Both the position numbers and the translations under genes were made by a program. Shown here piece by piece: positions 38,188-48,928 of a stretch of 64,000 nt of DNA. The notes under the pieces were generated by a model. That model did not search any database. It worked only from the letters and a program-made list of their open reading frames with translations, and had not been told where the DNA came from. The first letter of the stretch is position 1; the number at the start of each line of letters is the position of its first letter. The DNA is taken from positions 1-64,000 of the forward strand of contig JBDRPL010000011.1 in the NCBI GenBank assembly GCA_043827025.1, written 5' to 3'. This DNA comes from Candidatus Micrarchaeota archaeon (GTDB taxonomy: Archaea; Micrarchaeota; Micrarchaeia; Anstonellales; Bilamarchaeaceae).

Positions 38188-38871
38188 ATGGCACAGGTTA
38201 AGCGATATCGGTTGGATTCAGTTAAAGAAACAAGTTGCATTGCCATATTTGAATTTTCTCCTATTGATGGAAAGACGTTGGATTTCAAGCCAGGGCAATT
38301 CGTCATGCTTCATAAGGACGGAATCAAGAGGGCGTATTCACTGGCTTCATCCCCTAGCTCAGAAAAGCTTCGGTTTGGCATAAAGTTCATCGGCGGCCAG
38401 ATGACAAACAAGCTTGCTGCAATGAAACCGGGAGATGAAATCGGTGTGGAAGGGCCATATGGCCATTTTGCATATGCTCAGCAGAAGAAATGTGTCTTTG
38501 TGGCAGGTGGTTCAGCACTGATCCCGTTTATCAGTATGCTGAAATACATTGACGAACAAAAAATCAAGGGCGAATTCTATCTTTTTTATAGTTCAAAAAG
38601 CCAGAATGACATCTGTTTCCGTGATTTTCTTAGCTCTTTGTCAAAAAAGGGCATACATTGCATACTGACATTGACGCGTGAAACTCCTGCAAGATGGAAA
38701 GGCGAGATAGGAAGGATAAACGAAGATATGATAAGGAAATATGTGAAAACGCCTTCAGCATTCTCCTGGTATGTCTGTGGTCCTGGTGGTTTGGTATCTT
38801 CCATTAGGGAACTTGCTTCTTCGCTGGAAGTCAAAGATTTCAAATTCGAAGGCTGGGGCATTGATTTATAA
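38188..38871 (+). CDS. FNR-family FAD/NAD(P)-binding oxidoreductase
   Basis: FKPGQF, RAYSLAS, EGPYGHF, VAGGS, YVCGP. Confidence 0.9.
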   Translation: MAQVKRYRLDSVKETSCIAIFEFSPIDGKTLDFKPGQFVMLHKDGIKRAYSLASSPSSEKLRFGIKFIGGQMTNKLAAMKPGDEIGVEGPYGHFAYAQQKKCVFVAGGSALIPFISMLKYIDEQKIKGEFYLFYSSKSQNDICFRDFLSSLSKKGIHCILTLTRETPARWKGEIGRINEDMIRKYVKTPSAFSWYVCGPGGLVSSIRELASSLEVKDFKFEGWGIDL

Positions 38872-38895
38872 ACCCTTTTTTACATAATTTATCAC

Positions 38896-39144
38896 ATGGT
38901 TCAGATAACAGGAATATCCCAGTTGATCAATTTCATAAAGAATTCAGTATCCACTTATGAGATAGTGGCAGCATTGGACAGTCTTTCTCAGGCTAATCTC
39001 AGCCATGGAGATGTTCGTTATCTGCTTCCTGTAATATACAATCTCCAGAGTGATTTAAACTTTGCTTATGTTGATAAGAACGAGATTGTTGAAAAAATAA
39101 ATCAGACTTATTTTAGATTGGCTTCAAGAATTGGCTGTAATTAG
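38896..39144 (+). CDS. Hypothetical protein
   Basis: 82-aa ORF after a TTTATAAA box. Confidence 0.55.
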   Translation: MVQITGISQLINFIKNSVSTYEIVAALDSLSQANLSHGDVRYLLPVIYNLQSDLNFAYVDKNEIVEKINQTYFRLASRIGCN

Positions 39145-39232
39145 TTAAGTTGTAATTTATCAACCATGTTGTTGTTTTAAGTGGTAGAAGAATGTTTTTA
39201 TACCTATTCTTCCATATAATCATTCCGAGAGA

Positions 39233-40390
39233 ATGAGATTTACGTTTTATCATATGGCTAAGGACCCTGCTTCCAAGTCACAGTTAAGGCCTTCGGTCAA
39301 CAGGCCAAGGGCAGTTAGGCCTAATCTTTTGATGAAGCATTATCTCGGACCTGCCAAACATAAGATGAGGGACGTACTTGGTGTTTTCTCATCCCATTAT
39401 CCACATTTGGACCTTAGGCCAATAGTTGATGCTTATCGTTTTGCAAGATATTTACATGATGGCCAAAAAAGGCTAACCGGCGATCCATATATTGTACATC
39501 CTGTCGATGTTGCATACCGCATTGCAAGGGCTGGTGCAGGCAGAGCTCTTATTGCCTCAGGCCTTTTGCATGATGTGATAGAGGATTGTGGGGTTACCTA
39601 TTTTGATCTGGCTAATCTTTTTGGCAGGCGTGTGGCAGAACTTGTTTGCAAAGTCACCAAACCCAAATACGTAAGCAGCACCTGGGTTTTTGCTGATGAG
39701 CCTAGATTTTACTTAAGAAAGGACAAGTATACTGATGAGTTATATTCCCAGAGGGCAGACGTCTATTTTTCAAATCTTCTGCAAGATTTCAATGCAATGC
39801 TGCTCAAAGTCATGGACAGCCTCTCGAACCTTAATGAAATGGAAACAATGCCTGCATATAAGAGAGACCGGAATGTAAGGACCATGATTGAGCAAATATT
39901 ATGGATGGTCCCAAGGATCTTAGGTCCCGAGGCTTACTATGAAACTGTCTTTGAATTAAAGAGATGGGGTTTTGAAATCCCGGAACATTTGCTTCCAAAA
40001 GATCCGGAAAGCTCTATTGTGGTTTTGCCTTCAAGAGCAGATGTTGGAATCGAATTGTTTGCTGCAATGCCCCCTCCGAATGCAGATTATCTTAGTGTTT
40101 ATCTCCCAGGCAGGCGCAACATTATTTTTGAAATTGGTTTTCCATCAAGTATTGTAGGTGAAAGGCCTTCAGATAAGCTTATGCGTTTGGTTGCAAGAAT
40201 ATTTGAAAGAAGTGTTGTGACACAGACGGTGAGCCTTGTATCTCCCGAGGTAGCTGCGCACGAAACTTTGCTTGGGATACGGCTTGCAAGCCCTGCTGAA
40301 GCAGAAACAATAATCAATTGTGCTACAGAGATTTATGGCGAAGTCATGGCCCCTCACTCCCATTATACGCTAGGTAAGCAAAATAGGTAA
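39233..40390 (+). CDS. SpoT/Mesh1-like HD-domain hydrolase with unknown C-terminal domain
   Basis: HDGQKRLTGDPYIVHP, LLHDVIED, LKVMDSLSN. Confidence 0.85.
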   Translation: MRFTFYHMAKDPASKSQLRPSVNRPRAVRPNLLMKHYLGPAKHKMRDVLGVFSSHYPHLDLRPIVDAYRFARYLHDGQKRLTGDPYIVHPVDVAYRIARAGAGRALIASGLLHDVIEDCGVTYFDLANLFGRRVAELVCKVTKPKYVSSTWVFADEPRFYLRKDKYTDELYSQRADVYFSNLLQDFNAMLLKVMDSLSNLNEMETMPAYKRDRNVRTMIEQILWMVPRILGPEAYYETVFELKRWGFEIPEHLLPKDPESSIVVLPSRADVGIELFAAMPPPNADYLSVYLPGRRNIIFEIGFPSSIVGERPSDKLMRLVARIFERSVVTQTVSLVSPEVAAHETLLGIRLASPAEAETIINCATEIYGEVMAPHSHYTLGKQNR

Positions 40391-40456
40391 AATTTAAAAA
40401 TCGATTCATTCAATATTTGACTCTTAACAATGTTATTACTTTAGGGGGTAATTTTT

Positions 40457-40930
40457 ATGGCAGAAAAAACAATAGACGTAATGGTATCAGGCGGAAAAGC
40501 AACTCCAGGCCCACCTTTGGGCCCTACTCTTGCTCCAATGGGAGTGAATGTTTCACAAGTGGTTGCAAAGATCAACGAGGCTACAAAGGACTTCAATGGC
40601 ATGAATGTGCCTGTTAAAGTCATACTTGATCTTTCGACAAAGGCATTCAGGATTGAAGTTGGTTCTCCTCCTGTTGCAGAGCTTCTGAAGAAGGAAGCTA
40701 AGATAGAGAAGGGAAGCGGAACCAAGGATGCAGTGGCAGGCAATCTTTCAGTAGAACAGGTTGTTTCAGTTGCAAAGAGAAACAGGAAGTCACTTGGTAA
40801 ATCTCTCAAGGACAGTGTCAATGAAGTATTGGGCACCTGTGTAAGCCTTAACATGACTGTCAATGGTTCGCCTGCAAGGCAGATCATCCAGGAAGTCAAG
40901 GAAGGAAAACACGATTCTGTTATCAATTGA
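40457..40930 (+). CDS. rpl11: Ribosomal protein uL11
   Basis: GGKATPGPPLGPTLAP, GTCVSL. Confidence 0.96.
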   Translation: MAEKTIDVMVSGGKATPGPPLGPTLAPMGVNVSQVVAKINEATKDFNGMNVPVKVILDLSTKAFRIEVGSPPVAELLKKEAKIEKGSGTKDAVAGNLSVEQVVSVAKRNRKSLGKSLKDSVNEVLGTCVSLNMTVNGSPARQIIQEVKEGKHDSVIN

Positions 40931-41013
40931 GCATTTCTTTTTCTTATTCTTTCTACTTTTGTCTTTCTTTTCCTAGCTATAATCTATTTAAACCTGAATG
41001 TAGAATCATCCTC

Positions 41014-42645
41014 ATGAACTCAAAGATTTTATTTCTGTTGCTTGTATTATCTGCATCTGTTTTTGCGACCCATGCCGCGTGGGATTATTTGTCTGATGAT
41101 TCGATCAAGTACCTCATGCCGTACAATCAGAACTTTGTGGCTGTCGGAAATAAAGGCAATGTTTATTCTATTCAGCTTGATAATGGCAAGAAGCTGTGGC
41201 AGGTTTCAACTTCAGCTGATCTTGTGGAGCCAAAGGTTTTCCAGGGAGACATTCTCGTAGCGAGTTCTGACGGGGTTTTTAGGCGCATCAGCAAGAGCGG
41301 AAATGTCGTGTGGACAACAAATGCAATGCAAAATGATAAGAGTTTTGTTGTTTTTGGGATTGAAACTTCGCAGGACTATGCTTTTGCAACAACGAACCAG
41401 GGCGTCCTGAGGCTGACTGGAAATGGAAATGCATCTTTGGTTTATGCAAGAAATGTTTCTGTTGCAACCCCTCCTGCAATCTTGAATGATCAGATAATCT
41501 TTGGAGCGGATGATACACTTATCGTACTGAGGAACCAGAATGTTGTGAAATGGACAAAGAAAGTGGATACGTTTTGGACATCACGGCCTGTAATCTGGAA
41601 CAATAATATTTACATTGGTGCGTTAGACGATACTCTTCATGTTATTGGCATTAATGACCAGTATGAGTCATGGACCTATGAAACAAGGGGATGGATACTT
41701 ACAGATGCTCTTCTTGGAGATAACATTTATCTGACTAGCAATGACGGCGTGCTTTATTCATTGGACTATAGTGGGAAATTGAAATGGTCCTCAATAACTG
41801 GAGAGGGCATAAGAACAAATCCCCACCTTGGTTTTGTTTCTTCGAAAAAAGTTGTTTTTGTTGGCAGTGATTACCTTTATGCAATCAGTGTTGTGAGTGG
41901 CCAGATACTTTGGATTTACGCCCCTAAGGCGAAAATCAATGATTTCATTTACCTGGAATCAGGCAATGTAAGATATGTCCTTGTTGCTATGGATGACAAG
42001 AAGCTTTCGGCATTCAAGGTGGAAAGGACTTGTACGATCGAATATCCTCTTAAGATGGATGTCCTTGGGCAGAAAGAGGTCAAGGCAAGGGGCAGTGTCA
42101 TTTCCAACTACGGGAATGTGCGAGTCAACCTTAATGTGAATGGAGGAGCTTTGCCTGATGCCACGATCAGCGGAGACGAGTGGGAATTCAATCTAGATCC
42201 TGCGAATCTCAGATCAGGCGTCAATTCAATTTCATGTACTGTAAGCGATTTGGCAGGAGAGGAGACAATAGACGAGGTGTTCATAAAACGCGATACGACT
42301 TTGCCCAAGGGGCGATTCGTTGTCAGCGCCCCGACAAAAGCATTGGTTGACCAGAAGGTCACGATTTTCGTTTCAGATTACGATGACAAATCCGCAGTTC
42401 AGGATTTCAATGTGAAATTCGGTGCGCTAAACAATATATATTCTAAAAATTTCACATTATCCTTCCCAAGCGAAGAACAGAATTCGCTGACCATCTCCAA
42501 AACAGGGTATCAGGATTATGTCTTTACAATTGAAGTGCTTTCTCAGAGCAATCCGCAGTCAGCTCTTCTTCCAATAGGGGTCGGAATCATTGTCCTGATA
42601 TTGCTTTATGTGATTGTTACCCGGTTTGTTTTCAAGAAGAAATAA
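41014..42645 (+). CDS. Surface PQQ-like beta-propeller protein with Ig-like domains and C-terminal TM
   Basis: Signal peptide from ATG 41014; repeated G.lYal..sGk..W units. Confidence 0.85.
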   Translation: MNSKILFLLLVLSASVFATHAAWDYLSDDSIKYLMPYNQNFVAVGNKGNVYSIQLDNGKKLWQVSTSADLVEPKVFQGDILVASSDGVFRRISKSGNVVWTTNAMQNDKSFVVFGIETSQDYAFATTNQGVLRLTGNGNASLVYARNVSVATPPAILNDQIIFGADDTLIVLRNQNVVKWTKKVDTFWTSRPVIWNNNIYIGALDDTLHVIGINDQYESWTYETRGWILTDALLGDNIYLTSNDGVLYSLDYSGKLKWSSITGEGIRTNPHLGFVSSKKVVFVGSDYLYAISVVSGQILWIYAPKAKINDFIYLESGNVRYVLVAMDDKKLSAFKVERTCTIEYPLKMDVLGQKEVKARGSVISNYGNVRVNLNVNGGALPDATISGDEWEFNLDPANLRSGVNSISCTVSDLAGEETIDEVFIKRDTTLPKGRFVVSAPTKALVDQKVTIFVSDYDDKSAVQDFNVKFGALNNIYSKNFTLSFPSEEQNSLTISKTGYQDYVFTIEVLSQSNPQSALLPIGVGIIVLILLYVIVTRFVFKKK

Positions 42646-42659
42646 GTCATCATTCTTTT

Positions 42660-44411
42660 TTATTTTACCGTAACACTTTTTGCAAGATTCCTTGGCTTGT
42701 CAACATCCCTTCCCAGAAGAACTGCTGAATGATATGCAATAAGCTGCAATGGTATCGCTTCAAGCAATGGATAGAAGATGTCGTTCTCTAGTTTCGGAAG
42801 CTTTATCCAGATGTCGAATGAAGGGTGTTGTTTGTCGCTCATTCCTATGAGGAATGATTCCCTTGCCCTTGTCTCAAGCCCATTGTTTATGCTGTCACTA
42901 TAAGTATAATCTGTTGGGCAAAGCAACAATACAGGAGTTCCTTTTTCTATGAGTGCCAGTGTCCCATGCTTTAATTCACCAGATGGCATGCCTTCTGCAT
43001 GTATGTAACTTATCTCTTTAAGCTTCAGTGCGCCTTCAAGTGCCATGGCAAGATTCACTCCCTTTCCCAGCATGTAAACGTGCTGCTTGGTTTTCAGGTA
43101 CTCTGCCACCTCCTTTGCTTTCTCATCAAAATAAACCATGTTGTCTTCAAGTATTTTTATTATTCCTTCAAGTTCAGGTGAGATTCCTTTCATTTCAAAA
43201 GCAATTTGATAGAATGCCATCACCTGGTTGGTGAATGCCTTGGTGGATGCCACTGCTATTTCAGGGCCGCAGTTGGTATTGAAAACAATCTTGCTTTCCC
43301 TTGCAAGTGTGCTTGAAGGCACGTTGACTATGCTGAGTATATCAAGGCCTCTTTTCTTTGCTTTTCTTACGCATTCCAGCACATCCGCAGTTTCTCCGCT
43401 TTGGGATACTGCAAGTATTAAAGTGCCCGCGTCCAGGTCGTCTATGAAATTGGTGAATTCATGCGCCATCATGACTTCCAGCTGGTATTTTGCAATTCTG
43501 TTGAGCAGGTGCTTGCCTATTATTGCAGCATGCCTTGCAGTTCCGCATGCAATTGCAATGACCTTTCTTCCTTTCATTTCTCCTGCCATTTTTTTGGCAA
43601 CATCCAAATCTATGGCCTTTCTCATGACTTTTGGTTGTTCCATTATTTCCTTAAGCATGTAATGGGGATGGCCTTTCAATTCGGATTCCTCGCTTTTCCA
43701 GCTTATTTCCTTTGGCTTTCGGTCTACTTTTTTGTTGTCCAGATAATTAAAGAATTCAAAATTTATGGTGCCATTCCTTTTAGCATATGCTATGTCCCCT
43801 TCTTCAAGGAATATAGCTTCATTAGTATATTCAAGGAATGCAAGAGGGTCGCTTGCGAAGATGGCCCTGTCCTTGCCCACTCCTACTATTATCGGGCACT
43901 CATGCTTTATGGCAACCATTTCGTTCGTGTTGTTTTTGTCTATGGCCACTATGCCGAAAGCGCCCTTTAGTTTCATGGCGACTTTCTTTGCCTTTTCCAG
44001 CAGGTTTCCATGCTCTTCTTCGAACATGTGGGCTATGACTTCTGTGTCTGTCTCTGACCTGAATTTATGCCCTTTTTCCATGAGCTGGTTTTTTATCTCA
44101 AGGTAATTCTCTATTATTCCATTATGGATTATTGCTATTTCATTTTTGCAGTCTGTGTGCGGATGCGCGTTTTGATCAGTGACCCCCCCATGAGTGGCCC
44201 ATCTTGTGTGGCCTATGCCTATGATAGTTTTTTCTTTCATGGACTGTTGGGTTATCCTGCCTGATTTTTTCTCCAGTTTGAGACTGTCATTGATGAATGC
44301 ATAGCCCCAACTGTCATATCCCCTGTATTCCATCTTTTTCAGTGCCGAGACTATCTCGGAGATGGTTTCTTCAGATCTATTTGTTTTTAATATTCCAATA
44401 ATTCCGCACAT
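42660..44411 (-). CDS. glmS: Glutamine--fructose-6-phosphate aminotransferase
   Basis: MCGI, EYRGYDS, GHTRWATHG, SQSGETAD, PRNLAKSVT. Confidence 0.97.
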   Translation of the reverse strand: MCGIIGILKTNRSEETISEIVSALKKMEYRGYDSWGYAFINDSLKLEKKSGRITQQSMKEKTIIGIGHTRWATHGGVTDQNAHPHTDCKNEIAIIHNGIIENYLEIKNQLMEKGHKFRSETDTEVIAHMFEEEHGNLLEKAKKVAMKLKGAFGIVAIDKNNTNEMVAIKHECPIIVGVGKDRAIFASDPLAFLEYTNEAIFLEEGDIAYAKRNGTINFEFFNYLDNKKVDRKPKEISWKSEESELKGHPHYMLKEIMEQPKVMRKAIDLDVAKKMAGEMKGRKVIAIACGTARHAAIIGKHLLNRIAKYQLEVMMAHEFTNFIDDLDAGTLILAVSQSGETADVLECVRKAKKRGLDILSIVNVPSSTLARESKIVFNTNCGPEIAVASTKAFTNQVMAFYQIAFEMKGISPELEGIIKILEDNMVYFDEKAKEVAEYLKTKQHVYMLGKGVNLAMALEGALKLKEISYIHAEGMPSGELKHGTLALIEKGTPVLLLCPTDYTYSDSINNGLETRARESFLIGMSDKQHPSFDIWIKLPKLENDIFYPLLEAIPLQLIAYHSAVLLGRDVDKPRNLAKSVTVK

Positions 44412-44514
44412 GTTATCAGCTTATGAGTAGTAAACGAAAGCCTTTTTAATTCTATTATATAAATATTTTTAATACTACTATAAAATAATTTATACTATGT
44501 TGGATGCGCTGTGA

Positions 44515-45429
44515 ATGTGTTGTGTTGGTGAACCTATGCGTTTGGTGAATGATGAAAACAAATCGATGGAGTGCCTTGAGGTCAATTCCAAAGCATTGGG
44601 GGTTCTATCAGAGGAAAGGCTGAAGGTGCTCAAGCTGCTTTCCGAAGGCCCGAAATATCCTGCGGAGATAGCGCGGGCAATGGGCGTTGAGATACAATCT
44701 ATTTATTATCATGTCCGGCTTCTTGAAAAATCAAAGCTGATACGGTTTCTTGAATATGAGGAAAGGGGAGGAGCTGCTGCCAAGAAATATTGCCTGGCAT
44801 CAAATGCGCTTTCTATAGTAATAAAAGACAATTGGAAGGGATTTGTAGGAAAGAGCCATAGAGTTCCCGGACTTATTTTGCCATTCATAAGGAATGGATT
44901 CTTCAATGGAAAAATAATTATGGGTTCGCCTGATCCTCATGGCAAATACCGTGCCAGGGGGAGCGAGTTTTCCATGATGGAATTGACTATGTTGCTTGGG
45001 CAGTACTGCACATTTGCACCTCCGCTTTACCTTTTGGATACTTTGGTCACTGAAAAGGATAGGAGGTCTAATCTAATACTTGCAGGAGGGCCTAAGGTAA
45101 ATACTCTTGTCGGTGAGATAAACAAGAGCCTGCCGATTCGTTTCGAGAAGGACTCCTTCACGATCTACAGTTCGCTTTCGAAAAAGAAATATGGGGAGAA
45201 TGTCGGAGTTGTAGAGCTAATATCTAATCCTTTTTCCAGGAACAGCAAGGTTCTCCTTATCGGAGGGCTGAATTATGCAGGCACAAGGTCTGCAGTGCTT
45301 TCCATTCTTACAAAAATGAACGAGCTTGAGAAGGGCAACAAATACGACAGCAAAGTAATGGCAAAAGTAGTCCAGGGCTATGACGAAAAAGGCAGCGGGA
45401 TGGTTGATACTGTGGAAATACTGGAATGA
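44515..45429 (+). CDS. ArsR-type HTH regulator with C-terminal alpha/beta domain
   Basis: RLKVLKLL...PAEIARAM...IYYHVRLLEKSKLI; NLILAGGPKVN; divergent from glmS. Confidence 0.8.
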   Translation: MCCVGEPMRLVNDENKSMECLEVNSKALGVLSEERLKVLKLLSEGPKYPAEIARAMGVEIQSIYYHVRLLEKSKLIRFLEYEERGGAAAKKYCLASNALSIVIKDNWKGFVGKSHRVPGLILPFIRNGFFNGKIIMGSPDPHGKYRARGSEFSMMELTMLLGQYCTFAPPLYLLDTLVTEKDRRSNLILAGGPKVNTLVGEINKSLPIRFEKDSFTIYSSLSKKKYGENVGVVELISNPFSRNSKVLLIGGLNYAGTRSAVLSILTKMNELEKGNKYDSKVMAKVVQGYDEKGSGMVDTVEILE

Positions 45430-45433
45430 TTGT

Positions 45434-46126
45434 TTAATCCTCATTCTCTTCCTTTTCTATAACATTGTCCTTCTCTGCTTCCTTTCTTTTCTTCCTTCTT
45501 CCCATGTCCTTCTCCAATCTCACAGCAAAAGTAGTTCTGTATATCCTATGGCCATCCTTTATGCCAAATAATTTTTTGGTTGAGTGGTACTTCAGTTTCA
45601 TGATGGAGAGTATTTTGAAGCTTTCCCTAGTGTTTCCAGAATATACGTCAACTCCTTCCTTGATATTCTCGACATTGCTCACGAAGCTGTATTTTTGTAT
45701 CATGTCAACTATCTTTTTCGCATACCTTTCCACAAGGCCCTTGTCTCCGCGGAGTTGTATTATCGCTTCGAAGTAGCCGCCATGCACACGGCCGCAGTCG
45801 CTGCACAGTTTCTTATTGTATTTTATGTCAACATCTTTTTCGAGTATTCGCTGGCCTGCCACAGTATCTATAGTGAAAGTCAGCTTATTTTCTATGAATT
45901 TGACCTCTGAGAAATCTCCCTTGCATTTGCTCTTTATGTATTCGCTGAATTCCTGAGGATTCTGCTTCCGCCATTGGCCCTGCAGTTTTATCCTTCCGCA
46001 GTCTATGCATATGTCGAATTCAAAATTCTTCGTATATTTGACTTTGAATTCGAAGCAGTCTATGCAGAATGCATTTATGAACTCCTTCTGGTCGCTTCTC
46101 GCGCCACATTTCGGACAAATTATCAT
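45434..46126 (-). CDS. nmd3: NMD3-family protein
   Basis: Four CxxC pairs; GGYFEAIIQLR. Confidence 0.9.
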   Translation of the reverse strand: MIICPKCGARSDQKEFINAFCIDCFEFKVKYTKNFEFDICIDCGRIKLQGQWRKQNPQEFSEYIKSKCKGDFSEVKFIENKLTFTIDTVAGQRILEKDVDIKYNKKLCSDCGRVHGGYFEAIIQLRGDKGLVERYAKKIVDMIQKYSFVSNVENIKEGVDVYSGNTRESFKILSIMKLKYHSTKKLFGIKDGHRIYRTTFAVRLEKDMGRRKKRKEAEKDNVIEKEENED

Positions 46127-46210
46127 TATCTGACACCTATATAGGCAAAGCCATAAAAACCTAAAATTAAATATATTCTCATATCGTATGTATTAAAAGT
46201 TGATGGGAAA

Positions 46211-47974
46211 ATGGGAAACATAAAAAAAGTAGTCGGGCTTACTGATTATTTCGTATCCTTGCCGCCTGTGAAATATTTCGTCATTTCAATAATATTGCTA
46301 GGCATTATCTTTGGAGTTGTCATAAATTTCGGAAAATATGAGGGGGTTCACCTTTTGGTGAGCGGCGCTTTGAACGGCCTCACTCTCTTTTCGCTTCCTG
46401 CACTCCTCACTGCAATCTCAGTGAAGCTGATGATCAGGAAGGTGCCTTTCAAGCAGATTGCAGCCACGACCTTTATCTGCGAAGTGATATATTCTGTTTT
46501 CTATGTGATTGGCACATTCCTTTTCAGATATAATGAAGAATATTCACAGCTCGCCATTTTGCTTGGCGCAGGCCTTGTTTTTGTTTTATGGTATGTAGTA
46601 GGCAGGCTGATATTTGTCTTCAAATACCGTTCAATTCTTTTCGCAATGGTGCAATTGCTTTTCCAGATACTTGCCATCTTTCTTACAAGCAGCCTTTTGT
46701 ATTTCGGGGATTTGCAAACTTCGATATCTAAATTTTACATTGCATCATTCGTCCTTTTGGGCGCCATATATATCTTCTTTTTCATCATAAACGCGCCAAT
46801 GAAACGGAACTTCGGGGTTTCAAGCACTGACGCAATTTCATTTTTTGCAGGACAATGGCTTTACCAGGAGAAAGGACTGGAAGATGCATTTGAAAAAGTA
46901 GGTGAATCAGCAAAGACCCTTTTCACTTTGCTTTCATTCAAACGCAAGAATGATCAGATACTTTTCGTGACGCCATATGTGCACTACGGTCCCTTTGGTA
47001 ATCTTGGCGGAAGCGAATTCTCCTACCTTCTTTCAGATTATCTTTCCAAGAAATACCATTCCAAGGCATTTGTTTTCCATGGCACTGTCACTCATGACCT
47101 TAACCCAGTGGCGTCTGATGAGTTCGGAAAGATAGTTGATGTATGCAACGAAGTGATGGCTGGTGCGAAATATTCTGACGCAAAAGTTTCCCTTTCTCTT
47201 GGAAAATCAAAGGAATGCTTTGCAGAATCCCTGATAATAAACGATTGTGCGTTCATTGGCCTCAGCAGGGCGCCTGAAGTAACTGAAGATGTCAATTTTG
47301 GAGTCGGAGTTTCCCTCATGGCCGAGGCTGAAAAGTATGTTCCTCTTGCATTTGTCATTGACCAGCACAATGCTGAGACTGGCGAAGTCACAAGCTTTGA
47401 ACCCGGAAGCCATATTGCATATAATTACATGAAAGCCACAGTGGATTCGCTTTCAGGAAAGAGAGAATCAAAGCCATTATCTATCGGAGTCGCGGAACGC
47501 CTGTTTGAGCACCACAAAATCGGAGGGGCGGGCGTGAAGGTGGCAATATTCTCGACAGATCCGGAATATGTTCTTGTTTATTTTGACTGCAATGGCGTCA
47601 CCCCTGAGTTCAGGGAGCGCCTGATAGCACAGGTTGTTTTACTTGGAAAGAAGGACAAGAAGAACTGGCACGTTGGAATCTACACTACTGACACGCATGA
47701 GATAAATAATGTCAAGGGCGTTCTGAATCCATTAAGGGAAGATGATGCCTCTGTCCAGATTGTCAAGGAGCTTTGCAGGGATGCCATGAAAGATATGCAG
47801 CCTGCGAAAGTCTATGCTGCCAAGAGATGGTTCGATATAGATGTCCTAGGCGCGAAGCAGTCCATAGAAATAGTCTCGACAGTCAATTCCATAGTTGCAG
47901 TTGCAAAGATACTGGCGCCTCTCATTCTCATCGGCAGCCTTGTGGCGATAATGCTTCTGCTTGGATTCGTATGA
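46211..47974 (+). CDS. DUF2070-family membrane protein
   Basis: N-terminal TMs; VHYGPFGNLGGS, HGTVTHDLNP, DQHN, TTDTH. Confidence 0.85.
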   Translation: MGNIKKVVGLTDYFVSLPPVKYFVISIILLGIIFGVVINFGKYEGVHLLVSGALNGLTLFSLPALLTAISVKLMIRKVPFKQIAATTFICEVIYSVFYVIGTFLFRYNEEYSQLAILLGAGLVFVLWYVVGRLIFVFKYRSILFAMVQLLFQILAIFLTSSLLYFGDLQTSISKFYIASFVLLGAIYIFFFIINAPMKRNFGVSSTDAISFFAGQWLYQEKGLEDAFEKVGESAKTLFTLLSFKRKNDQILFVTPYVHYGPFGNLGGSEFSYLLSDYLSKKYHSKAFVFHGTVTHDLNPVASDEFGKIVDVCNEVMAGAKYSDAKVSLSLGKSKECFAESLIINDCAFIGLSRAPEVTEDVNFGVGVSLMAEAEKYVPLAFVIDQHNAETGEVTSFEPGSHIAYNYMKATVDSLSGKRESKPLSIGVAERLFEHHKIGGAGVKVAIFSTDPEYVLVYFDCNGVTPEFRERLIAQVVLLGKKDKKNWHVGIYTTDTHEINNVKGVLNPLREDDASVQIVKELCRDAMKDMQPAKVYAAKRWFDIDVLGAKQSIEIVSTVNSIVAVAKILAPLILIGSLVAIMLLLGFV

Positions 47975-48006
47975 TTTCAGCCCAAGACAAACCACGCATG
48001 ACACTG

Positions 48007-48846
48007 TTAAGCCCCCATCATCATTCTTAGCATGTCTCTGATTCCTGGTGCGAATCCCATTATTATGATTGCAAGTGCAATGAAGTTCTTGAAGTCTATC
48101 GAGTCTTCATTTTCTTTCGACAGGACGTAAGCAAATATTCCTGCAACTGCGACCTTCAGAAGATAGAATGGGAAGCAGGTTCCGAACATCGTGCAGATGG
48201 AGTCACCGACAAAATGCTGTTCTGAATAAGTTATGCCCATTGCTGGCCCGAAGATATTTATCGTGAAGAAAGTTGCAGCTCCGTCAAGGGCATGGCCTGC
48301 GACCATGAGCATGGCAAGCGGCTCCTTGAAATATCTCCATGCAAGATATGCTGGAATTGCTGCCATTATTAAGATTGGAACTGCGTATCCGGCGAATTGC
48401 ATGAATGGTACAAGCATCAAAAAAAAAGGCAGCCATAGCGCAAGGCCGACATACCCAAGATATTCCTGTCGCTTGAGCATCCTTAACACTCCCATTGTTA
48501 CAAACAAGATGGCTGCTATTAGGATATAAATCCCAGGGCTGATGGTGAAATAATTGTAATCGAAGATATGCGAATCAAGCATTGCCTGGTGTATTGGCGT
48601 TACCCCTGTGAATACTCCGTTGTCTATTGAATCAGTAACAACACGCAACGTTGATCCAAGTAGTACAAAGGGAAGTACTCCATAAACAAATTTTTTGTCT
48701 ATCCTTATGTTCTTGGCCTTGAATACCTGCCATATTATATATAGCGCTGCAAGTGCAATGACTGCATAGGTAAGGGTATTTACAGGATTATATCCTGTTT
48801 TGTCGATCATAGGGTCTAGAAAGTATTGTTGTATGATGTCAGCCAT
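48007..48846 (-). CDS. DUF63-family membrane protein
   Basis: GYNPVNTLTY, GHALDGAAT, YSEQH, GFAPGIRD. Confidence 0.85.
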   Translation of the reverse strand: MADIIQQYFLDPMIDKTGYNPVNTLTYAVIALAALYIIWQVFKAKNIRIDKKFVYGVLPFVLLGSTLRVVTDSIDNGVFTGVTPIHQAMLDSHIFDYNYFTISPGIYILIAAILFVTMGVLRMLKRQEYLGYVGLALWLPFFLMLVPFMQFAGYAVPILIMAAIPAYLAWRYFKEPLAMLMVAGHALDGAATFFTINIFGPAMGITYSEQHFVGDSICTMFGTCFPFYLLKVAVAGIFAYVLSKENEDSIDFKNFIALAIIIMGFAPGIRDMLRMMMGA

Positions 48847-48928
48847 GGTATATTGACTTTGGTGAATGTTTATAAGATTATAAGTTCAATTTGATAGTAT
48901 TCTCTAATATGTTTAAGAAGGTCAAAGT

